Positions 1 through 9,837 of a stretch of DNA of 64,000 nt are shown here, piece by piece. The stretch is from a virus (Duplodnaviria; Caudoviricetes). The notes under the pieces were generated by a model that saw only the letters and a list, made by a program, of their open reading frames with translations, was not told the DNA's origin and searched no databases. The translations under genes and the position numbers were made by a program. How positions within the stretch are numbered: position 1 is the first letter of the stretch; every line of letters begins with the position of its first letter. The DNA is taken from IMG/VR virus record IMGVR_UViG_3300006810_000046, positions 831 to 64,830 of that record. One strand, 5' to 3'.

Positions 1-1
1 T

Positions 2-160
2 TCAGAATCAGTAAACAAGAAAAGCACTGGTTCTTTGAATGAATCAAAAATTAGAAAGCTTGCAGGCTCTTCATCAAGACCTACAAGATCAGGTGGTTCT
101 TTATTAAACGAATCTACTGATCAGGTTGACAGATGGGCACGTCTTGCAGGTCTTAAGTAA
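2..160 (+). CDS. C-terminal end of prohead core/scaffold protein (partial, runs off window start)
   Basis: Frame 2 reads SESVNKKSTGSLNESKIRKLAG...LLNESTDQVDRWARLAGLK*. It has LNE-S motifs resembling prohead-protease sites and lies directly upstream of the major capsid gene, like T4 gp22. Confidence 0.6.
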   Translation, partial: SESVNKKSTGSLNESKIRKLAGSSSRPTRSGGSLLNESTDQVDRWARLAGLK

Positions 161-189
161 GCTGACATAATAATATATCGGAGGATAAC

Positions 190-2073
190 ATGTCAAATTT
201 TAGTTTAAATCAATTAACCGAAGGAATCCGTGAAAGACACATCGGTTCCGAAGGTCGACGTTTAGTCGAAAAATGGTCTCGTACCGGTCTCTTGAGAGGC
301 TTGGACGGAACAAAACGTGAAAATATGTCACGTCTCTTGGAAAACCAAGCAGCTCAGGTACTTCGCGAAGCTAACACTTTGGGTACTGGCGGTGCTGGTG
401 CATCTGCTTCTGGTGATCTTCGTGGTTTTACCAATATTGCTTTCCCAATTGTACGTCGTGTATTTGGTGGCTTGGTAGCAAATGATCTGGTTTCTGTACA
501 ACCTATGTCATTGCCTTCTGGTCTCCTTTTCTACTTGGATTACACTTACGGTTCTAACGTTGGTGGAGATCCCTCTAGCACTGAGGCCACTTACGCTGAG
601 GGTCAGTCAATCTATAACGCTCCTACTGGAAAAGGTATTCGAAGCGGTTCTTTGGCAGTTGGTGGTCAATACGATCTTGCAGGGTCTGGTTTCTCTAGGC
701 TTCACACAGATGTAACATTGACTGATGCTGCAGTTGTTGCAACGGGTTCTTTCAACATATCATCAACTGCAGGTGCACTTGTTGCTAGCAATGACTGCTC
801 TGCAACGGGTTCTGATGCAAGATTTTTACAGTTTGATCCACAAGTTTTACAACAAATCGAAGAAGGATCACAAACCTACCAGTTTGCTGTTATTGACCTT
901 TCTCAATCTCTCTTTGATAACGCAGACTTAACTATGGTTAAAGATTTTGCAATTCATGGTAGCTCTTCTCCTTTGGAATCAGTTCAAGAAACTGTTCAAG
1001 GCGGAAAAGGAATCCAAAACGTTAGGCGATTAAACCAGTTAGGACAGTGGAATGGAACAAGTTTCACTTTAAACCCGATGGTCGATAAAACAGTTTCAAA
1101 TAGAGCACTGTTGACAGTTGTTGCAACCTCCACAGCTAACGGATCCCCTGATGTAACTGCAGCTGACATGTCATTTGTTGTATCTGCAACTCTTGATAAC
1201 ACCAACGCTGACGGTACATCTCTGGTTATTCCTGCATTTGAATCAGATTTTGGGAGAGTCAATGATGTTGGTCAACCAACCCCTGTTATTCCAGAAATCG
1301 ATATCAAAGTCGAAGCTATTTCAGTTACAGCTGATACTCGTAAGTTGAGAGCTCGTTGGTCACCAGAATTGGCACAAGATCTTAATGCTTATCACTCAAT
1401 GGATGCTGAAGTTGAATTGACTCAAATCCTTTCTGAGCAGATTGCATTGGAAATCGATCGTGAAATCTTGAATGACTTGATTACTCAAGCTCGCGGTGCT
1501 AACTTCTTCTGGTCTCGTTCTCCAGGTAAATTCCTTAACAAGCGCACTGGTGCCACTATCGAAAGAGGTAACACTTTGCAAGCTGGTCCAGCATTTACTG
1601 GTACAGTTCGTGAATGGTATGAAACTTTGGTTGAAACCATTGTTGATGTTGCTAACGAAATCCACAGAAAGACACTTCGTGGTTCTGCTAACTTTGTTGT
1701 TACTTCACCTGAAGTTGCTACTATCTTCGAAGCTTCTGTAATGTACAAGCCTTCTTTGAAGATTGATGGTCAAGGTCAAGTTGGTGCTCCATTCCAATTG
1801 GGTGCTCAATCAGTTGGTTCTCTTTCAAACAGATTTACTGTTTACAAAGATCCTTACTTCCCACGCAACAAGCTGTTGGTAGGTTACAAAGGTGGTTCAT
1901 ACTTGGAAACAGGCTATGTTTACGCTCCTTATGTACCTTTAATCGTTACTCCTACTATTTTCCAACCAGAAGATTTCACTCCAAGAAAAGGTGTGATGAC
2001 TCGTTACGGTAAGAAAATGGTTCGTGGTGATTTCTACGGTACTGTAACTTGCTTGGATATGAACGTTATCTAA
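190..2073 (+). CDS. Major capsid protein, T4 gp23-like
   Basis: Motifs LLENQ, FPIVRRVF, VSVQPM..PSGLLFYLD, TRKLRARWSPELAQDL.AYH..DAE.EL, YAPYVPL and FTPRKGVMTRYG. RBS GAGG. Confidence 0.95.
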   Translation: MSNFSLNQLTEGIRERHIGSEGRRLVEKWSRTGLLRGLDGTKRENMSRLLENQAAQVLREANTLGTGGAGASASGDLRGFTNIAFPIVRRVFGGLVANDLVSVQPMSLPSGLLFYLDYTYGSNVGGDPSSTEATYAEGQSIYNAPTGKGIRSGSLAVGGQYDLAGSGFSRLHTDVTLTDAAVVATGSFNISSTAGALVASNDCSATGSDARFLQFDPQVLQQIEEGSQTYQFAVIDLSQSLFDNADLTMVKDFAIHGSSSPLESVQETVQGGKGIQNVRRLNQLGQWNGTSFTLNPMVDKTVSNRALLTVVATSTANGSPDVTAADMSFVVSATLDNTNADGTSLVIPAFESDFGRVNDVGQPTPVIPEIDIKVEAISVTADTRKLRARWSPELAQDLNAYHSMDAEVELTQILSEQIALEIDREILNDLITQARGANFFWSRSPGKFLNKRTGATIERGNTLQAGPAFTGTVREWYETLVETIVDVANEIHRKTLRGSANFVVTSPEVATIFEASVMYKPSLKIDGQGQVGAPFQLGAQSVGSLSNRFTVYKDPYFPRNKLLVGYKGGSYLETGYVYAPYVPLIVTPTIFQPEDFTPRKGVMTRYGKKMVRGDFYGTVTCLDMNVI

Positions 2074-2100
2074 CGAGATATCTTTTCTGGTTAATCCAAG

Positions 2101-2135
2101 AGGTCGCAACTTTGTTGCGGCCTTTTTTATTTTTT
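2101..2135 (+). terminator. Rho-independent terminator after the capsid gene
   Basis: AGGTCGCAAC-TTT-GTTGCGGCCT stem followed by a T-run. Confidence 0.85.
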
Positions 2136-2178
2136 ATTGTCTTATGTTATATTTATTATAAGACATTTTGGAGACTAA

Positions 2179-3756
2179 ATGAATAGAAAAGAAATTAGAA
2201 GTGTAATTAGAAAAATAATCCAAGAGGTACAACAATCTCAAACAGATCAAAAAGATTGGATGAAGTCAGGGGATATTGATTTTGCTTTTTCTCAAGATCC
2301 ATACGGAAAGTTATTAAAGTCAACAGGAATGAGTGTAGGATCTGTAACAAATACTAGCACAATTTGTATTATTGACAAGCGAGAAACAGAGCAAAAAATT
2401 CGTGACAATTATCTACAAAAAGTTATGGGACCTTCTACTCCTTTACACGGCGGATTTTCCCATGCTCTTGTTCACGGTACTGATTTAAATAAGACTGTAT
2501 ATGAAAGAGTTTTATTAGGAATTAGAGGGAAAATTACAAATATGTGCTCAAAAAAAGGGTCTTATGATGCGTATAGAGTTGCTTTTGACCCAGAGTCAGG
2601 AAGACCTACAGGTGTTAAAAAGGTTGTTTCTAAAAAGCTAAAAAGTATTCCTGTGATTGAAATTATTAATATGCTTGATAGAATTAATGACGATATGATT
2701 TTAAACAATTTGGACACAATTAGTGATGCTGAACAAGAGCTTTATGATGATTTTAACACTCAGTTTTATTTACCTGAATATCTTGAGCCTGCTAGGGAGT
2801 TGTCAGCACCTGAGAATAGAGTGCTTTGTGATGACGATTATTTAACAAGCACTGATGTCATTTCAAAGGTCTTGTCAATAAGTATGAACAACAGTAGGTC
2901 AGGAATGATTCCTAGATTGAGAATTTACGATATGTTCTCTTATGAAAATGCAGAGGGTGAGACGCACGTTGCATATCCTGTCCAAACAAAACAAAACAAA
3001 ATTAACTTTAAGACAACTGAAGATTCTCAATACACTAACCAGCCTGACCCAGCTGCTGCACTGGCTGCAAGCTGGACAAAAGACAGTGAACAGATAATAT
3101 CAGAGATTGTTTCAAACTGGTCTAAAAACATGGGATCATTTAAATATTATATGAATACCGCCTTGCAAGGAATTGCTGCTTCTGGTAATTCAATATATTC
3201 TTATTACTTTCATAAAAGCAAACCTAAAATGATTTACTATTATACAGTTGACCTTAAAACAGGAAACTTTTTAATTGAGCATGAGTCTGAAAGTCCGTAC
3301 GATCAGTCTGGTTTTTCAACATTCTACCTAAAAGCCTATAAGGTAAAAGACGGTTCTGGAAACTATGTTGACAACGCTTATCATAATCCTTCGTCAAATA
3401 CTTTTGATCAGCTTTTTGCAGGCCTTAGACTTTCACCAAATGTTAGAAAGGGTGATTCTCCTTTTACGATTATTGACACTTTTTATGAAATTGGAAGAAG
3501 AGGAACAAGAGTTCCAAGTGATTTCGAATCTATTATGAGATCGGGTTCAAATAATCCAAGCCCAAATAGTTTTACTATTGGAGGGGAGCTTCCTTTGTTT
3601 AGCACAGTTGAAAACCTCGGAAAACATCCTGATTTTGTGGCTTTTACAAGTGACAAGTCTCAAATATTAAGTGAGTCAAAATCAGTTCAAAGATTAGACG
3701 ATCGTATTTTAGAAACAGTCTTGCTTAAACTAAAAAGGCTTAAATCAGGCAGGTAA
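2179..3756 (+). CDS. Hypothetical protein with IRKIIQE-type leader (putative internal head protein)
   Basis: 525-aa ORF with RBS GGAG. N-terminus MNRKEIRSVIRKIIQE; C-terminus ILSESK...ILETVLLKLKRLK. Confidence 0.75.
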   Translation: MNRKEIRSVIRKIIQEVQQSQTDQKDWMKSGDIDFAFSQDPYGKLLKSTGMSVGSVTNTSTICIIDKRETEQKIRDNYLQKVMGPSTPLHGGFSHALVHGTDLNKTVYERVLLGIRGKITNMCSKKGSYDAYRVAFDPESGRPTGVKKVVSKKLKSIPVIEIINMLDRINDDMILNNLDTISDAEQELYDDFNTQFYLPEYLEPARELSAPENRVLCDDDYLTSTDVISKVLSISMNNSRSGMIPRLRIYDMFSYENAEGETHVAYPVQTKQNKINFKTTEDSQYTNQPDPAAALAASWTKDSEQIISEIVSNWSKNMGSFKYYMNTALQGIAASGNSIYSYYFHKSKPKMIYYYTVDLKTGNFLIEHESESPYDQSGFSTFYLKAYKVKDGSGNYVDNAYHNPSSNTFDQLFAGLRLSPNVRKGDSPFTIIDTFYEIGRRGTRVPSDFESIMRSGSNNPSPNSFTIGGELPLFSTVENLGKHPDFVAFTSDKSQILSESKSVQRLDDRILETVLLKLKRLKSGR

Positions 3757-3759
3757 TTT

Positions 3760-4374
3760 ATGAAGTATTTAACTCTTATATCTTCTTTGTTTTTACTCGT
3801 GGCACCTTGCCAGGCAGCTGCAGAAGACACTTCAAATATTGATGTATATATTATGAAGCCTCAAATTAACAATTACACAACAGACGTCGAGAGCATTATA
3901 GGAAAAAAATCAGTTTATGCTTTTAATTCTGTGTATTGGAAAGACGCAAAAACAAAAAATGCAAGAGGCACCTATGAACCCGTAACAATGAGCAAAGTTG
4001 TAAGGGTTTACGACAGAGACACTATTCAATATGCACACGATAATTGTAACTATGAGGTAGCTCCTAAAAAGTGTACTAATCAAAACGGAAACTATTTAGT
4101 TGAGACCATTATAACAATTGATGAGCACGAAACAGTTGTGCAAATGATACTTTATAATCCTGACATGACAGTTTTAAATGTATCAACAGTATCTGATCGT
4201 GGTCAAATTAACTACATCAGACAGCAAGAAATTCAAATGTCAATGACGTCTTCTAGAGTAGATGTAAAGATACTTCCAGAGCAAAAGCCGCTTAAGTGGG
4301 TAATACCTGCTCATTTACTAGAGAGTTATGTTAGACAAGCTGCAAAAGGTTTGTGGCTGGGAATTAAAATCTAA
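3760..4374 (+). CDS. Exported hypothetical protein
   Basis: 204 aa. Signal-peptide-like N-terminus MKYLTLISSLFLLVAPCQA-A. Confidence 0.7.
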   Translation: MKYLTLISSLFLLVAPCQAAAEDTSNIDVYIMKPQINNYTTDVESIIGKKSVYAFNSVYWKDAKTKNARGTYEPVTMSKVVRVYDRDTIQYAHDNCNYEVAPKKCTNQNGNYLVETIITIDEHETVVQMILYNPDMTVLNVSTVSDRGQINYIRQQEIQMSMTSSRVDVKILPEQKPLKWVIPAHLLESYVRQAAKGLWLGIKI

Positions 4375-4708
4375 AATCTTTCCAAGCAAACCTTTTTCTT
4401 TTGTCCAAGTATTCCATATTATAGTGATTATTATAGGCTTCTCTTTCAAAAGGAATTGACATATAGGCATCCTGGTTTGTCATTCCTTTAATCTTTCCTT
4501 TTAGCCAATAGTAAACATATAAAATATAGAAAAACACAACCAGCAGTTCTTTTTGCTGCTCTATGTGTATTTTTTCGTGGTTTATTGTAGTGGGATTGTC
4601 GTAATCAGATCTTACAATAATAAAAGGAAATAGAGTAATTGCACCAACACTAATAAAGAGCGAGAGTGCTTTTGTAATCTTGTCTGATCTTATAATAATA
4701 GGTATCAT
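4364..4708 (-). CDS. Small membrane-associated zincin-like protein
   Basis: HEKIH (HExxH) motif, hydrophobic helix and a PFEREAY third-ligand-like motif. Confidence 0.65.
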   Translation of the reverse strand: MIPIIIRSDKITKALSLFISVGAITLFPFIIVRSDYDNPTTINHEKIHIEQQKELLVVFFYILYVYYWLKGKIKGMTNQDAYMSIPFEREAYNNHYNMEYLDKRKRFAWKDFRF

Positions 4709-5334
4709 AAAACATCTGTTGGTGTATAACCTTTTGGCTTTGATACTCTACTTGGGATAAACTCAGTGTCTTCCAGTTCTTCATCTCTTTCTATTTCTGC
4801 TGTGTCTTCAAGTGAGTCTCTTTGGATTTCTGAAGTTCTCTCAAGCCCCGTGACTTCAAGCGAAAATGGATCAAACTCGTCTTCAGTTGATTCTTCATCA
4901 AAATCGCCTCTGTAATTAGGTTCGTCTTGAACGAGGATGTCTGAAAGTTCCCAAGGCTCAATGTCATGAACACCTCCATGAGACCCAACAACTGTTTCGT
5001 CGTCAAATCCTTTTGTTTGTGTTTTGTTTTCACTAGAGTCGTACATCCTATAGGGCTGTGTTTTTTCAAGGTGGTCAAGATCTTCGTCATCGCTGCTGCC
5101 TCTTAAGAAGTCTGCTGAGAAGCCGTTTACGATATCTTTAATTTCTTCTTTTGATTTTTCACCTGATTTGTAAGCGTTGTAGATTCTTTTTGCAAACTGG
5201 TATGTAATAATTCCTGCACTTGCAAGGTTCCATAGCGTTTGAAAGATTTCAGTCATTGCCATGAGATCTGCTTCTTGAAGCATCTTTTCTTTCTCAATTT
5301 GTTCAATAATAAGCTGTCTGATGACTTTTCTCAT
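4705..5334 (-). CDS. Acidic hypothetical protein with IRQLIIE-type leader
   Basis: 209 aa with RBS GGGAG on the - strand. N-terminus MRKVIRQLIIE; D/E-rich C-terminal half. Confidence 0.7.
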   Translation of the reverse strand: MRKVIRQLIIEQIEKEKMLQEADLMAMTEIFQTLWNLASAGIITYQFAKRIYNAYKSGEKSKEEIKDIVNGFSADFLRGSSDDEDLDHLEKTQPYRMYDSSENKTQTKGFDDETVVGSHGGVHDIEPWELSDILVQDEPNYRGDFDEESTEDEFDPFSLEVTGLERTSEIQRDSLEDTAEIERDEELEDTEFIPSRVSKPKGYTPTDVL

Positions 5335-5412
5335 ATAATTCTCCCAGGATTTTATTATTTAATCAATATATATATACTTACATGTCATTAAAAATAAACT
5401 TATGGAGGAAAA

Positions 5413-5646
5413 ATGGCTAAAAAAGAAGAAGCTGCAGCGGCAGTAACAGAACATAAACACGCTGATCTTGAAAAAGAACTCGCAGCTCTTAAAAAAGAGT
5501 TGGAATCAGTTAAAAAAGAACTTGAATCAGTTAAAAAATCAAAATCAAGTGGTGGCGGAGCTGACCCTCGAGTTGATAAGTTAATTGAAGCTTTAAGAGA
5601 CGAAAGTCCAAGATTTAAAAACTGCATTGAAAAAGCAAATCTTTAA
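5413..5646 (+). CDS. Small coiled-coil protein
   Basis: RBS GGAGG. Heptad duplication LKKELESVKKELESVKK. Confidence 0.7.
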   Translation: MAKKEEAAAAVTEHKHADLEKELAALKKELESVKKELESVKKSKSSGGGADPRVDKLIEALRDESPRFKNCIEKANL

Positions 5647-5660
5647 ACCTATATACAATT

Positions 5661-5720
5661 AGGCCCAGCACATAGCATAAAGGTGACCCCACCACCGTGT
5701 TGGAATCTTGTGGACAAGAA
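5661..5720 (+). ncRNA. Candidate structured 5' UTR RNA element
   Basis: GC-rich island in an AT-rich spacer. Helix CCAGCAC(5665-71)/GTGTTGG(5697-5703) encloses a GGTG/CACC hairpin and is followed by a TCTTG-TGGA-CAAGA hairpin. Confidence 0.35.
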
Positions 5721-5749
5721 ATCTCAAATATATTAAAATGGAGGAAATT

Positions 5750-6121
5750 ATGCCAAAAATTTCATTATTGCCAGGCTCAAAAGGCCTTGTACAAGAAACA
5801 GGAAGCGTTGTAGCAGGAGAAGCTGCAGCTGAAAGTGCGGTTCAAACTATTGGTGCATCCGGAACTATTCTTACTGCCGGCCGATTAATTGCACGAGTTG
5901 ACGCAGGCGGTTCGGGCCGTACTGGTGTTATTATGCAAGACGGTACACAAGATGGTCAGATCTGTATCGTAGTTAATGTCGGTGGAGAAACTTTGACAAT
6001 GGATTCTGTCGGTACATCTAACGTTGCTGCCGGAACCGGTGCAGTTATACCTGCTCTTTCTTCTGCACTGTTTGTTTATGATTCAACTATAGGTGCATGG
6101 CACTCGTTGCTTAATACCTAA
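5750..6121 (+). CDS. Putative small virion structural/decoration protein
   Basis: Likely start ATG 5750 after GGAGG. G/A/S/T/V-rich, beta-strand-like sequence located between the capsid and neck genes. Confidence 0.6.
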   Translation: MPKISLLPGSKGLVQETGSVVAGEAAAESAVQTIGASGTILTAGRLIARVDAGGSGRTGVIMQDGTQDGQICIVVNVGGETLTMDSVGTSNVAAGTGAVIPALSSALFVYDSTIGAWHSLLNT

Positions 6122-6138
6122 TAGGTAATTCAATCCCT

Positions 6139-6167
6139 GTGTAAACAGTTTAAAACAGTAATATAAT
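6139..6167 (+). promoter_or_regulatory. Class A promoter (GTGTAA-N17-TATAAT)
   Basis: GTGTAA 6139-44, 17-nt spacer, TATAAT 6162-67. One of nine similar sites. Confidence 0.7.
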
Positions 6168-6189
6168 AAAATAAAAAAGGAGTTTTATT

Positions 6190-6669
6190 ATGTTACTGTT
6201 TTTTATTGCAAGCGCGTTTGGAGGAGAATGTAACTCTAAGCGTGCCTATCATTTAAATAGTGAATATAACATTTATGTATGTAATACCAATTTAAAATCT
6301 AGTACGTTAAAAGCAGTTGAATACTGGAGAAATATAGTTCCAGAAAGAATTAACATTCACACTAGCATTAATTGCTCCTATGAAAAGAATTTAGGAAGCA
6401 TATACGTTTTAAATGGTGAAGAAGAAGTAAAGAAAAAAGAAACAGACGATTTCTTACCTTATGCAGTTACAGTTTCAACAAGAGACTTTTTTACAAAAGG
6501 TTTTCTTTCATCTGAGGTTCATGTAGGTGCAACAGCATATGACAAAGATTTGGACCTCATTGTCGCTCATGAGATAGGTCATGGGTTGGGGTTTGACCAT
6601 GTAAGTAAAAGCTGTTATGGCCATATTATGAACACAACACTTGGAGAGTCTGGTTACGACTTTTATTAA
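6190..6669 (+). CDS. Secreted metzincin (matrixin-like) zinc metalloprotease
   Basis: HEIGHGLGFDH (HExxHxxGxxH) plus Met-turn HIMN and a short hydrophobic N-terminus. Confidence 0.8.
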   Translation: MLLFFIASAFGGECNSKRAYHLNSEYNIYVCNTNLKSSTLKAVEYWRNIVPERINIHTSINCSYEKNLGSIYVLNGEEEVKKKETDDFLPYAVTVSTRDFFTKGFLSSEVHVGATAYDKDLDLIVAHEIGHGLGFDHVSKSCYGHIMNTTLGESGYDFY

Positions 6670-6726
6670 GGTGTTTTGAAAAAGGCACGCCGCAAGTATA
6701 TTTATCAAATATGCAAGGAGTGTTTT

Positions 6727-7914
6727 ATGGGGAGATTTACTGACATGAGAGATGCTGGGCAGAACCCAACACCTTATGCGATTTTTGATAACGACGATGA
6801 CTTTCCTGGAGAAGCTGATAATTTTGTAACATTTGCCAAAAGAAAACTAGGTGATGATGTCCTGTCAGTTGAGCTAACTAGAAAAATGTATTATGGAAAC
6901 CTTGAAGAAGCAACACTTGAGTATAGCTCAATTATAAATCAATATCAGGCAAAGTCTCAGCTTCTCCAGTTCATGGGAATGCCGACTGGAAGCTATAATG
7001 CAGAGCAAAAACTTCCTAGAGAAAATCTTCAGTATCTTGCTCGATTTGCTGAGCCTTATTCGATGGAAGCTGGAATTGGAGGCTCCTATGACATGATGTC
7101 AGGATCAATTGACCTAGTTCAAGGTCAACAAGACTATGATATCAATACAGATCTTAAAGATTCTGACGGTAATGTTATATTTAATATTGGTCAAAATGCA
7201 GAAGAAGGTTTTAAAACCAAGCTAAAGATTAGTGAGGTTTTTCATTTTAGCCCACAGGCTGCCTATAGGTTTTTTGATACAACCTCAGCTATTAATTACT
7301 TAAATAATGAGTTTTCATTTGAGTCATTTACACCTGAGACTATTTTTTATGTTCTTCCTGTTTTTGAAGACATTTTACGCGCAGGACAGCTAGATCTTTC
7401 AAATCGTGTAAGGAGGTCTAATTATTCCTATAAGATTATTGGTACAAAAATAAGAGTTTTTCCTACACCAACTCAAGACAATCCTAGAAAGCTATTTTTA
7501 CGTGTAATGTACAATCCAGACCCACTTAATCCTAGCTATCAAGATGATACCATACACGGAGTCTCAAATTTATCTAATATTCCATTTGGAAATATTTTAT
7601 ATAATAGAATTAATTCTATTGGAAGGCAGTGGATTCGACAATTTGCACTCGCTCTTTGTAAAGAACAGCTAGGTGAAATTAGGTCAAAGTTTTCCTCAGT
7701 TCCTGTTCCTGGTAGTGATGTTTCACTAAACGGATCCGACCTTTTAAGTCGAGGAAGAGAAGATAAAAAAGAGCTTGTAACACAATTAAAAGAGATGCTC
7801 GAAACAATGACTTATGACAAGCTAATTGAAGTAAGCTCTACCCGTGCTGAGATGATTCAAAAGCAGCTTAAATTTATTCCCATTCCAAATGGTGCATCAA
7901 TAACAATAGGATAG
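6727..7914 (+). CDS. Neck/head-completion protein, T4 gp13-like
   Basis: Likely start ATG 6727 after AAGGAG. Motifs RKLG...VEL and WIRQFALALCKEQLGEIRSKF..VPVPG..VSLNG. Confidence 0.75.
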   Translation: MGRFTDMRDAGQNPTPYAIFDNDDDFPGEADNFVTFAKRKLGDDVLSVELTRKMYYGNLEEATLEYSSIINQYQAKSQLLQFMGMPTGSYNAEQKLPRENLQYLARFAEPYSMEAGIGGSYDMMSGSIDLVQGQQDYDINTDLKDSDGNVIFNIGQNAEEGFKTKLKISEVFHFSPQAAYRFFDTTSAINYLNNEFSFESFTPETIFYVLPVFEDILRAGQLDLSNRVRRSNYSYKIIGTKIRVFPTPTQDNPRKLFLRVMYNPDPLNPSYQDDTIHGVSNLSNIPFGNILYNRINSIGRQWIRQFALALCKEQLGEIRSKFSSVPVPGSDVSLNGSDLLSRGREDKKELVTQLKEMLETMTYDKLIEVSSTRAEMIQKQLKFIPIPNGASITIG

Positions 7915-7918
7915 TATT

Positions 7919-8584
7919 ATGGCCAGACTTTTTATAACACAAAGAGAGATGTCTTTTATCAACGACATCGCAAAAGAGATAGTTAAAGACGTTGTAGGTC
8001 AAAAGATATATTATTATTCTATTTCAGAAATTAAGACTCAAATACACGATATTTACGAAGAATCTCCTGACAAGATATTTGATGACCCAATTGAAATAGA
8101 CTGTATGGTTAAGTATCAAGAACAGGAAATAAGAACAAATCAGTTTGGATCTGAAGAGTTTTATAACATTGAGTGCTACATTCAGAAGAAAGATCTTTTA
8201 GATAAGGGAATCGAAGTAAATGAAGGTGACTTCTTTTCATACGGATCTGTTTTCTTTGAAGTTATAAAATCACCTACATCATCTACAATTTACGGTCAAA
8301 TAGAATACGGAAACTTTATAACAGTAACAGGAAAGCAGGCAAGAAAAAGACAGTTTGTTTCAAAAGTGTTTGGTCCTACATCACAAAAATATACAGACGA
8401 AGACGCCGTTCAAGATACATTTGTTCAGCAGCGCGGATTTGAAAAGAACAGGCTAGGAGAAACAGGTGATGTTAGAGATCTAGTTAAAAAAGGTGTTCTT
8501 GAAAAGCCCATAACAGGACCCAAAGAAGTTTCTCCTCGCGGTGACAAAACAGGGGCGGGATCTTCTTTTTATGATGAGGATTAA
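7919..8584 (+). CDS. Neck/head-closure protein, gp14-like
   Basis: Position after the gp13-like gene. Motifs DIYEES..KIF and EGDFFSYG..FFEV. Confidence 0.6.
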   Translation: MARLFITQREMSFINDIAKEIVKDVVGQKIYYYSISEIKTQIHDIYEESPDKIFDDPIEIDCMVKYQEQEIRTNQFGSEEFYNIECYIQKKDLLDKGIEVNEGDFFSYGSVFFEVIKSPTSSTIYGQIEYGNFITVTGKQARKRQFVSKVFGPTSQKYTDEDAVQDTFVQQRGFEKNRLGETGDVRDLVKKGVLEKPITGPKEVSPRGDKTGAGSSFYDED

Positions 8585-8586
8585 TT

Positions 8587-9771
8587 ATGAAAGGCGTAAG
8601 CAGTGGATTTGAAGGTTTAAACACAGAAGAAGAATACTCTATTCCTAACAATGGGATAGAGGATGTCGACAGAGCTGTGTTTGAGCTGTTTGATAAGAGA
8701 TTAAGCTTTGAAGTTTCAAACAAAGATAGAACTATTAAAGTCCCAGTTGTTTTTGCCTCTGGTGAAAGGTTTGCACTAACAAGAAGAAAAGAAGCATTAC
8801 GTGATGATAACAACGCACTTATTTTACCAATTATATCAATTGTTAGAAAAAGCATAGACTTGTCACCAACACAAAGCCCTTATGGAACAGCAATTTCCAA
8901 TAGAGATCAAGACCTTTATATAATTAAAAGAAGACTCGCAGAGGAGGATAGAGATTATCAAAATCTTATTAATAAATTAGGATTAAAAAATCAAGAAAAC
9001 GTCTCTAAGCGCAAATATGTAAAAGGAGATGTATACCCTGGAAACATTCAAAATAAAAATAGTCAGGCATCAAGAAGAAACGAAGGAAACTTGTCACTTT
9101 ATAGAAACGAAATAGATCTTTCTTCAAGAATTGGTAGAAACATATACGAGATTATAACAATTCCTTATCCTGAGTTTTTTACTGTTGAATACGACGTAAC
9201 GTTTTGGACTCAGTACGTAACTGAATCTAATCAAATGATTGAGCATCTTGTTTCAAAATTTGACGGGCAAGACAGGGGCTATAGAATATTTACAAATAAA
9301 GGATATGAGCACTTTGCTTATGTTTCAACCTCTGTTACAGCAAATGATAATTTTACAGAATATTCCTCAGAAGAAAGAATTATTAAGCATAATTTTACGG
9401 TTACAGTTCCTTCTTATCTTCTTGCTCCCGAGGTTGATGGCGTTAATACTCCTTTTAGAAGGTTTCTTTCATCTCCTGAAATTAACTTTGAAATAAGTGA
9501 GTCAAAAACATCATCAATAAAACTTAAAGATGTAAACAACAATCAAGACAAGACAAATAAGTTTATATTAAGTGATGTTGATCTTTTGGATAGTGGTGGA
9601 AATCCTGATGAGGGTGTTGAGGATTCTGGAATTGAATTAATGTTTGAAGATATCGATCCTAAGACTGGTCAAGTAGTAAAAGAATATAGAAAAGTTTTAT
9701 CTCGCAACAGAAGAAAAGGAGAAACAGTCTTGTCAGCAGACTTTTTAAGAAAAATAGAAGATATAAACTAA
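8587..9771 (+). CDS. Tail terminator/sheath stabiliser, gp15-like
   Basis: Position before the sheaths. Motifs KVPVVFASGERF, LPIISIVR and VEYDVTFWT...NQMIE. Confidence 0.6.
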   Translation: MKGVSSGFEGLNTEEEYSIPNNGIEDVDRAVFELFDKRLSFEVSNKDRTIKVPVVFASGERFALTRRKEALRDDNNALILPIISIVRKSIDLSPTQSPYGTAISNRDQDLYIIKRRLAEEDRDYQNLINKLGLKNQENVSKRKYVKGDVYPGNIQNKNSQASRRNEGNLSLYRNEIDLSSRIGRNIYEIITIPYPEFFTVEYDVTFWTQYVTESNQMIEHLVSKFDGQDRGYRIFTNKGYEHFAYVSTSVTANDNFTEYSSEERIIKHNFTVTVPSYLLAPEVDGVNTPFRRFLSSPEINFEISESKTSSIKLKDVNNNQDKTNKFILSDVDLLDSGGNPDEGVEDSGIELMFEDIDPKTGQVVKEYRKVLSRNRRKGETVLSADFLRKIEDIN

Positions 9772-9795
9772 TATAGAAATTTGATGTTTTGACTG

Positions 9796-9803
9796 ATACT
9801 TAT
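9796..9803 (+). promoter_or_regulatory. Class B (putative late) promoter motif ATAHTTAT
   Basis: ATACTTAT here. The same motif occurs at 2149, 6698, 16469, 20371, 37174, 45237 and 51151, with an ATACTTAC variant at 5374, each shortly upstream of a gene start. Confidence 0.45.
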
Positions 9804-9837
9804 ATTAGAAAATATATATAATGATAGGAGACTATGT

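Noticed and set aside
482-1748. Short alternative-frame and antisense ORFs within the capsid gene, and similar ones across the window
   Set aside because: They lie inside well-supported genes, lack RBSs and recognisable motifs, and are expected shadows of biased codon usage.
5488-5540. 21-nt duplication as a regulatory repeat
   Set aside because: It is explained by a coiled-coil heptad duplication (KKELESV) with synonymous differences inside a CDS.
5661-5720. HDV-like or hammerhead ribozyme, or tRNA
   Set aside because: It lacks the HDV P1.1 GG and P2 pairing, the hammerhead CUGAnGA core, and a cloverleaf with a T-loop. It is kept only as an unclassified structure.
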